Below, piece by piece: positions 47,834 through 53,385 of a stretch of 53,385 nucleotides of DNA. The stretch covers positions 1-53,385 of the forward strand of contig JANQMM010000063.1 in the NCBI GenBank assembly GCA_028280145.1, given 5' to 3'. Origin of the DNA: Minisyncoccota bacterium. GTDB taxonomy: Bacteria; Patescibacteriota; Minisyncoccia; Phycocordibacterales; JACZSL01. The number at the start of each line of letters is the position of its first letter. Position 1 is the first letter of the stretch. The notes below the pieces were generated by a model. The model saw only the letters and a list, made by a program, of their open reading frames with translations, was not told the origin of the DNA and searched no databases. Made by a program: the position numbers and the translations under genes.

Positions 47834-47940
47834 GGAGCTATTATACCCTAGTGCGGTGCGTTAGCACACCGAACACTTTGCCGCAGTCGAAAAAGGTTCG
47901 ACGTGGAAACACGATATCATTTTGTGCCGGAAGATTCTCT

Positions 47941-48390
47941 TTAGAAAAGTTGTTCTTCTTTCTCCTTATATCTTTTGTGGAGATGCCACGCCGACCATAG
48001 GTAGAGAATACCGCCTGCATAAACAGCGATCGTGAAGAAAAAGCCGGAGTACCCAAGAGCCGACATGATAAAGTTCGTGCTAAAGAGAGCGCTAAGGCCG
48101 AGGTGTACACCGGAGAGTGTTGCGATCATGAAGGCAACCAGGTCGATGGTATCATTTCCACCAAAGAGCTTTCGGCCTCGTTTGTGCCATTCGTATAAAA
48201 GGTACAATGCGACGAGCCCCGAGATGACCGAGAGGACAATGTATAGTCCATACCCGCTCGACATAAATCTGCTCATAACAGGGGTCGCACCCCACAGAAG
48301 CGAAATGGCTGCGATAACGAGCCTTGCCTCATTCCATAAAAAAGAATACCGAAGCAGATTTGCCGGTTTTGTGTGTTCTTGTATATCCAT
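47941..48390 (-). CDS. Hypothetical 4-TM membrane protein
   Basis: 149 aa with four hydrophobic helices. No family recognised. Confidence 0.5.
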   Translation of the reverse strand: MDIQEHTKPANLLRYSFLWNEARLVIAAISLLWGATPVMSRFMSSGYGLYIVLSVISGLVALYLLYEWHKRGRKLFGGNDTIDLVAFMIATLSGVHLGLSALFSTNFIMSALGYSGFFFTIAVYAGGILYLWSAWHLHKRYKEKEEQLF

Positions 48391-48426
48391 AAAAAATAGT
48401 TAGGAAATAATACTTCCAGTGTACTC

Positions 48427-48663
48427 CTAATCCTCGATGTACTCAAATCGCGGCACTTTTTCTCCGTTGATCTCTACCACTTCGGTGAACATATCAAAAG
48501 GGCGTACCCACAGAGCATTTTTGCCAAATTCTTCCGAATCGTAGAGCGCTTTATAGAACACAAGCCTTTCGAGTGTTTCGCTGTGGTGCCCGACACCGAT
48601 GACCTCATACATCTTGTTCTTGTAGTGGCGGTACTTGCCCGGTTTTAATTCCTGCATTTTCAC
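48427..48663 (-). CDS. DUF1653 domain protein
   Basis: YRHYKNKMYEVIGVGHHSETLERLVFYKALYD...LWVRPFDMF is the DUF1653 pattern. Confidence 0.7.
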   Translation of the reverse strand: MKMQELKPGKYRHYKNKMYEVIGVGHHSETLERLVFYKALYDSEEFGKNALWVRPFDMFTEVVEINGEKVPRFEYIED

Positions 48664-48745
48664 TTTTTGATCCTTGGGCGCAACTAAGCGGCAAAAGCCT
48701 CATTTGTTGATAACGATATGATGCCCTTAATAGTATACTACTCGT

Positions 48746-51424
48746 ATGTCAGAGAAAAGGTATAAAACCGGAGATGCAATATGTAAGGAGTTCAAGACAC
48801 AGCCTGAAGGGCTTTCCGACCAAGATGCACTACAGAGAAGGAAGCAGTACGGATACAACGAGCTAAAATCAAAAGAGAAGGTAAGTGCGCTTCGGGTACT
48901 TGCAAACCAGTTTAAGAATCTTATTCTCTACGTACTTATTGCCGCGGCCATTGTGTCCGTATATGAAGGGGAGTTGATCGCATTTTATGTGATAGCCGGC
49001 GTTATTGTCATTGTGGTGGCTCTTGGGTTCGTACAGGAGTATCAGGCCGAGCGGGTCATGGCATCTCTTAAGTCGTTGGTAAAGACCGACAATACCGTAA
49101 GGCGCAGTGGCAAGTTACGCTCCATACATCGAAAGGATATTGTTCCCGGAGATGTAGTGGTGCTTGATACCGGCGATACCGTTCCTGCTGATGCGATCGT
49201 TATTGAGGCAACACAGCTTCGCCTTGATGAAAGCGCACTGACCGGCGAAAGTGTCCCGGTCGAGCATCGCGTCGGGGAGGACTTGTTTGCCGGCACATTC
49301 GTAGTACACGGCAAAGGTGTTTGTGTAGTCGCTGCTACCGGAATGAATACCAAATTGGGAAGTATTGCTTCGTCACTAAGTGAGGGTAGTACCGAAACAC
49401 CGCTTCAGAAGAACGTAACGCATTTAACCAAGTCACTTGCACTCGTAGCACTTTTTGGTTCGGCGGCCACATTTGCCTTTGGTTTGTGGCAAGGCGCGCT
49501 CTTTGATGAGATTCTACTTGTTGCCCTTGCCCTTGCCGTAGCCTCAGTGCCCGAAGGACTCCCCTTGGCACTTACCATTACACTTGCCCACGGTATGAAA
49601 CGTATGGCAAAGCACAACGCGGTGGTGCGCAAGCTTGTCAGTGTTGAAACGCTGGGGTCGACGACCGTGGTTTGTACTGACAAGACAGGAACACTTACCA
49701 AAAACGAAATGACAGTTGAGCGGATGCTTGTCGGTGACGTGGTATATGAAGTAACCGGAAGCGGGTATGCTCCAACAGGGGATTTCCTGTCACAGGGCCA
49801 GTTGATAGAGGCAGAGGAAAATAAGCTGCTGAAACAATTGCTTACAAGCGGTATTCTTTGCAATAACGCAACCCTGGTCCAGTCTGATAATAAGTGGAGC
49901 ATCATCGGAGACCCGACCGAGGCCGCACTTCTCGTTGCAGCCGGCAAAGCAAACATATGGAAAGAGGATGTAAATGAGCAGTATGAGCGGGTTGAAGAAC
50001 TTGTCTTTACCTCCGAGCGAAAAAGAATGACCGTTGTTGCTCGAAACAAAAAAAGCAGCACCACGGATGCGTATGTAAAGGGTGCGCCGGAAGTCATGCT
50101 TCAACTGGCACATACACGAATGACCCGTGACGGGATAAAACCTTTGACGGACGCTGATAGAGACCGCATCACCCGCATACAAGAAGAGTTTGCAAACTCA
50201 GCATATCGCGTGCTCGCACTTGGATACAAAGAAGCCGTGACCGACTTAAATGCAGAATCGCTTGAACAAGAACTGGTGTTCCTTGGACTTGTGGCGATGA
50301 TCGATCCTCCTCGTGAAGAGACACTCGATGCCATAGCTGAAGCAAAGAGCGCGGGGGTTGATGTGAAAATGGTTACCGGTGATAACAAAGACACTGCTCG
50401 CGCAATTGCGAAAAAGGTTGGTCTCCTTGGTGAGCACGAACCTGTTACTGAGTTTTCTGATGCAAAACTGCAACACATCGTGCATGACCACGTCGTGACC
50501 GGGACAGAATTGGATACCATTGATGATGATACGTTTGCCACGGTGGTTGATTATATCGACGTCTATGCCCGTGTCAGACCCGAACAGAAGTTACGCATCA
50601 TAAATGCCCTGAAGCGAAAAGGGCATATTGTTGCCATGACAGGTGACGGAGTAAATGATGCACCGGCACTGAGACAAGCGGATATCGGTGTGGCCATGGG
50701 CATCAAAGGAACCGATGTTGCCAAAAACGCAAGCGCAATGGTCTTGCAGGATGATAACTTTGCAACCATTATAAGTGCTATTCGAATAGGCCGTGTACTC
50801 TATGACAACATCGAGAAGCTCGGAGTCTATCTCATCTCACGAAACTTCACCGAAATCATCCTTATCTTCCTCGGCATGCTTACCTTTGGTGTGCACTTCT
50901 TGCCGCTCCTTGCAATACACATTCTCTACATCAATCTCTTTAGCGAGATAGTTCCGTCTCTTGGGCTTGGTCTTGATAAGAATGTTGAGGATGTTATGAA
51001 GCGCGGTCCGCGCGATAGTAAGGAGCGTTTGCTTAATCGAAAGAATAAGATATTGATCGCGATCGGCGCGAGCACCATGGCGCTTGTGGCATATCTTGCC
51101 TTCGTGTTGCATCAGCCGATGCAGACGCTTGAGGAGGCGCAAACATTTGCTTTTGCAACCATTACCGCAATGGTGCTGTTCATTCCGTTTGCATATCGAA
51201 ACATTCACCGCGCAGGTGCACAAAAAAACTCAACGCCAAACGGTATTCTCATTGGCGGCGTTATCTTCTCGGGCTTGCTTACGCTTATGGTGATGTATAC
51301 ACCTACGCTCCAGTCGGTCTTTCGCGTCATACCACTTTCACCGACTGAGTGGATCGTTCCTGTTGGTCTTGCTCTTACAGCATTTGCCATCATCTCGCTT
51401 TTGAAACGATTGGTGCTCAGATAG
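48746..51424 (+). CDS. Cation-transporting P-type ATPase (type II, Ca2+/Mg2+-like)
   Basis: TGES, VCTDKTGTLTKNEM, MVTGDN and MTGDGVNDAPALRQADIGVAMG motifs; 10-TM layout. Confidence 0.9.
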   Translation: MSEKRYKTGDAICKEFKTQPEGLSDQDALQRRKQYGYNELKSKEKVSALRVLANQFKNLILYVLIAAAIVSVYEGELIAFYVIAGVIVIVVALGFVQEYQAERVMASLKSLVKTDNTVRRSGKLRSIHRKDIVPGDVVVLDTGDTVPADAIVIEATQLRLDESALTGESVPVEHRVGEDLFAGTFVVHGKGVCVVAATGMNTKLGSIASSLSEGSTETPLQKNVTHLTKSLALVALFGSAATFAFGLWQGALFDEILLVALALAVASVPEGLPLALTITLAHGMKRMAKHNAVVRKLVSVETLGSTTVVCTDKTGTLTKNEMTVERMLVGDVVYEVTGSGYAPTGDFLSQGQLIEAEENKLLKQLLTSGILCNNATLVQSDNKWSIIGDPTEAALLVAAGKANIWKEDVNEQYERVEELVFTSERKRMTVVARNKKSSTTDAYVKGAPEVMLQLAHTRMTRDGIKPLTDADRDRITRIQEEFANSAYRVLALGYKEAVTDLNAESLEQELVFLGLVAMIDPPREETLDAIAEAKSAGVDVKMVTGDNKDTARAIAKKVGLLGEHEPVTEFSDAKLQHIVHDHVVTGTELDTIDDDTFATVVDYIDVYARVRPEQKLRIINALKRKGHIVAMTGDGVNDAPALRQADIGVAMGIKGTDVAKNASAMVLQDDNFATIISAIRIGRVLYDNIEKLGVYLISRNFTEIILIFLGMLTFGVHFLPLLAIHILYINLFSEIVPSLGLGLDKNVEDVMKRGPRDSKERLLNRKNKILIAIGASTMALVAYLAFVLHQPMQTLEEAQTFAFATITAMVLFIPFAYRNIHRAGAQKNSTPNGILIGGVIFSGLLTLMVMYTPTLQSVFRVIPLSPTEWIVPVGLALTAFAIISLLKRLVLR

Positions 51425-51440
51425 CACCGCGCTTTTGAAA

Positions 51441-51460
51441 GCAGAGGGGAAGGGATTCGA
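51441..51460. repeat. 20-bp direct repeat of the tRNA-Ser(CGA) 3' end
   Basis: GCAGAGGGGAAGGGATTCGA at 51441-51460 is identical to 51882-51901 (acceptor 3' strand plus half of the T arm, antisense). Confidence 0.9.
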
Positions 51461-51490
51461 TCACAAATGAACGCAAAAAGCCAACACATA

Positions 51491-51516
51491 TAAAAAAAGG
51501 GGATATAGACATCCCC
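51491..51516 (-). terminator. Terminator of the small ORF in the insert
   Basis: On the minus strand: GGGGAT-GTCTAT-ATCCCC followed by TTTTTTTA. Confidence 0.65.
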
Positions 51517-51541
51517 AAAGTGAATTCGCGAGGCTAGGAGG

Positions 51542-51742
51542 TTAAGTCTCCAACGGTTCTGTTTTGTAAGAATCGTCGTACTGACCCCATCGGATCAGTG
51601 GATTGCCGCGAGTTTGTCTCATGGTGACTTCTCGGGCAGTTATTTGAAGGCGTTTATCTAGGTCTCTCTCTAGTTTTTTTTCGTTGATGAAACGCTCGAC
51701 AAACCTAACTCCTAGCTGATGCAGTTTTTCGATGATATTCAT
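51542..51742 (-). CDS. Small hypothetical protein (66 aa, MNIIEKLHQLGVRFVERF...)
   Basis: AGGAG lies 6 nt upstream of ATG 51742. The track ORF extends to 51838. A terminator lies downstream. No family recognised. Confidence 0.5.
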   Translation of the reverse strand: MNIIEKLHQLGVRFVERFINEKKLERDLDKRLQITAREVTMRQTRGNPLIRWGQYDDSYKTEPLET

Positions 51743-51882
51743 GTCCAACTCCTGGAAAGAAACCTGTCGAACTGGATTAAGAATAAGTGTTGCCGGCATG
51801 TTTGTCAGAGTATTTATCCACAATCTGTTTTTGATCAATGGAAATCAGGATACCATGAGAAGGTATCTTGTCTTCATTAATG

Positions 51883-51971
51883 CAGAGGGGAAGGGATTCG
51901 AACCCTCGGTACGGTATAACCCGCACAACGCTTTTCGAGAGCGCCCCGTTCAACCACTCCGGCACCCCTCT
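51883..51971 (-). tRNA. tRNA-Ser (anticodon CGA)
   Basis: Minus-strand sequence AGAGGGG-TG-CCG-GAGTGGTTGAA-CGG-G-GCGCT-CTCGAAA-AGCGT, a long variable arm, then GAGGG-TTCGAAT-CCCTT-CCCCTCT-G. The first pair is A1-U72. CCA is not encoded. Confidence 0.88.
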
Positions 51972-52002
51972 AATATATTTCGTATTATCGCTTGGAAGCT
52001 TA

Positions 52003-52045
52003 CCCAGTGGTCCAACCACTGTAACCCAGTGGTTGGACCACTGGG
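52003..52045. repeat. Perfect 19-bp inverted repeat with a 5-nt centre
   Basis: CCCAGTGGTCCAACCACTG-TAACC-CAGTGGTTGGACCACTGGG. Each arm is itself hairpin-forming (CCAGTGG...CCACTGG). Confidence 0.9.
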
Positions 52046-52076
52046 ATGGTTACATACTAGCATTTTTACAAAACAG

Positions 52077-52085
52077 TGCTATAAT
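52077..52085 (+). promoter_or_regulatory. Extended -10 (TGcTATAAT) upstream of tRNA-Glu
   Basis: TGCTATAAT at 52077-52085, 44 nt before the tRNA 5' end. Confidence 0.4.
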
Positions 52086-52094
52086 TTGCCGCAC

Positions 52095-52115
52095 ATGAGC
52101 CACCGGCTCATTTTT
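52095..52115 (+). terminator. Terminator-like hairpin between the -10 box and tRNA-Glu
   Basis: ATGAGCC-ACC-GGCTCAT followed by TTTT. Confidence 0.45.
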
Positions 52116-52128
52116 AAATAACCAATAC

Positions 52129-52200
52129 GGCCCTATCGTCTAATGGTCAGGACATCAGGTTTTCATCCTGAAAATCGGGGTTCGATTCCCCGTAGGGTCA
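52129..52200 (+). tRNA. tRNA-Glu (anticodon TTC)
   Basis: Acceptor GGCCCTA/TAGGGTC (one G-U pair), D arm GTCT-AATGGTCA-GGAC, anticodon arm TCAGG-TTTTCAT-CCTGA, T arm CGGGG-TTCGATT-CCCCG. CCA is not encoded. Confidence 0.9.
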
Positions 52201-53385
52201 CAAAGTAGAACTTCCTCGGCGCACAGCGCCAACCCGCGCCTGCGGCGCGAAATGTGGGAAGCCAAAAAACCCTGTCGCGTAGCGACAAACTGAAAAGGAG
52301 ACGGGACGGAAAAGCGCGCAGTTTTGTCACGAACCAAGGGGTTCGTTCCGACTTTTTTGACGAAAGCAGCGATTTCGGAGAAATCATCGCTGGAGGATAA
52401 AAAGGCGGCTTGTTTCGTGTCTAAAATCCACTTACGCAGGGGTTCGACCCACACCTTTTCTTGTTGCCGAAAAGCTTTCTGTTTTTCCTTCAAAGTCAGG
52501 GTTGCGCGCATGATTTCATCTTTCTTTTTAAGATAGATGTTTTTTGGTATGTCTCCGTCTAAATATGATTCAACGAGCTTGTCTAAGCGCGCTTCACTGG
52601 CTTTGATTTCTTGAGAGAGCTTTTCTGCAACACTGTGTGAAGTGGAATTTTCTTCATGTTGGAGAGCCTCAATTCTCTCCAACATATAATCTGTGTACAC
52701 TTCACACAGCGAAATGGTTTGGAGCCGTTCCTTGAGTTGTTCGGCTAACGCTTCTTCACGGACGTACTTTTGTGAGCAAACGCCTTTCTTTTTCGTACAC
52801 CGATAGTATCTATATTTGCCACCATGTCTGCCGGTTGCCCACTGCGCAGTAATCATGGAGTTACACTCACCGCAACGAAAAAGATTGGTGAACGGAAAGT
52901 CATGTTTTAACTTCGTCTTTCTTGGCCGCGCGTTAGCCGACAACACTTTTTGTACGGCTTCAAACAATTTCGGGGAAATAATTGGTGCAAAGCTTCCTTC
53001 AAACCATTCGTCATAGTGCTTCACAAAACCGAGATATGCTCGATTGGTAAGTAGTCGTTTGATGGAAGCTTTGCCAAGTGGCGTGCCTTTCTTTGTTACC
53101 ACGCCATGAAGCGACAAAAAGTCGGCGAGTGATACTAATCCATGTTCGCCTGTGGCGTATTCCTCAAAAGCGCGCACGATAATCTTGCTACGCACGGGAT
53201 GCGGTTCAATGTTCCGAATCTTTGGATTGTTCACGTACCCGAACGGAGCTTTGGTGAGCCACTCACCTCGCCGAACTTTTTGGCGCATTCCTCGCTTCAC
53301 ATTCTGCGTCAGATTGTCTGAATAGTATTTAGATTGACCAAACGCCACTTGAAGCATAAAGAGCCCCTGCGGAGTGGGTTCAAAC
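52155..53385 (-). CDS. Large serine recombinase (5'-partial, continues beyond the window)
   Basis: The frame stays open upstream of M at 53357 to the window edge (FEPTPQGLF-MLQVAFGQSKYYSDNLTQNVKRG is the end of the resolvase catalytic domain). The recombinase domain contains PFGYVN...; the zinc ribbon is CGECNSMITAQW...YRYYRCTKKKGVC; a coiled coil follows. The last about 15 codons are antisense to tRNA-Glu. Confidence 0.8.
   Translation of the reverse strand, partial: FEPTPQGLFMLQVAFGQSKYYSDNLTQNVKRGMRQKVRRGEWLTKAPFGYVNNPKIRNIEPHPVRSKIIVRAFEEYATGEHGLVSLADFLSLHGVVTKKGTPLGKASIKRLLTNRAYLGFVKHYDEWFEGSFAPIISPKLFEAVQKVLSANARPRKTKLKHDFPFTNLFRCGECNSMITAQWATGRHGGKYRYYRCTKKKGVCSQKYVREEALAEQLKERLQTISLCEVYTDYMLERIEALQHEENSTSHSVAEKLSQEIKASEARLDKLVESYLDGDIPKNIYLKKKDEIMRATLTLKEKQKAFRQQEKVWVEPLRKWILDTKQAAFLSSSDDFSEIAAFVKKVGTNPLVRDKTARFSVPSPFQFVATRQGFLASHISRRRRGLALCAEEVLLCDPTGNRTPIFRMKT

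Larger units (their letters stand above)
51441..51901. mobile_element. Putative remnant or miniature tRNA-targeting integrative element (421-bp insert between 20-bp direct repeats)
   Basis: The direct repeats match the 3' part of the tRNA. The insert carries one small gene with its own SD and terminator, and there is no integrase inside. Confidence 0.4.

Noticed and set aside
51732-52121. 129-aa plus-strand ORF and ORFs 51777..52019 (-) and 51868..52098 (+).
   Set aside because: They run across tRNA-Ser(CGA) and the palindrome. The structured RNA/DNA explains the open frames.

Overview
This 53.4-kb window is a compact, gene-dense bacterial chromosome segment. GC is mid-40s to about 50% by eye. 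The standard genetic code applies, because TGA terminates groES and the Nudix gene. Housekeeping content includes Nth and a MutY-like glycosylase, RNase J, SecG, GroES/GroEL, LemA-DUF2207-HtpX, RNase P RNA, MurJ, LepA, and a lower-glycolysis cluster of enolase, a dehydrogenase-GpmA fusion and PEP synthase. It also includes Adk, Hsp20-PrsW-ValRS, TsaD/TsaC, a YvcK-like protein and a P-type ATPase. There are six intact tRNAs (Ser-GGA, Arg-CCT, Phe-GAA, Val-GAC, Ser-CGA, Glu-TTC) and one decayed tRNA-Phe copy. The many small hypothetical membrane proteins, the truncated or extended housekeeping enzymes and a 1711-aa surface protein suggest a small-genome Patescibacteria/CPR-like organism, but that is inference only. 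No CRISPR array, rRNA, reverse transcriptase or transposase was seen. The strongest candidate for an undescribed system is a low-GC two-gene islet 3' of tRNA-Ser(GGA) at 15698-16946. It encodes a winged-helix protein and a winged-helix protein fused to a HEPN-like domain with an RNKCGH motif, and it has no canonical antitoxin. Other accessory signals are listed here. (1) A ~63% GC orphan gene with its own consensus promoter and terminator lies between groEL and lemA. (2) The giant surface protein has a duplicated ~360-aa module, Ig-like repeats and a C-terminal peptidoglycan-binding domain. (3) Three separate tRNA loci carry partial duplications that look like integration scars, including a 20-bp direct repeat bracketing a 421-bp mini-insert at tRNA-Ser(CGA). 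(4) A perfect 19+19-bp palindrome lies between two divergent tRNAs. (5) A large serine recombinase gene runs off the right edge and overlaps tRNA-Glu antisense. Coordinates of RNA genes and small motifs were counted by hand and may be off by 1-2 nt.
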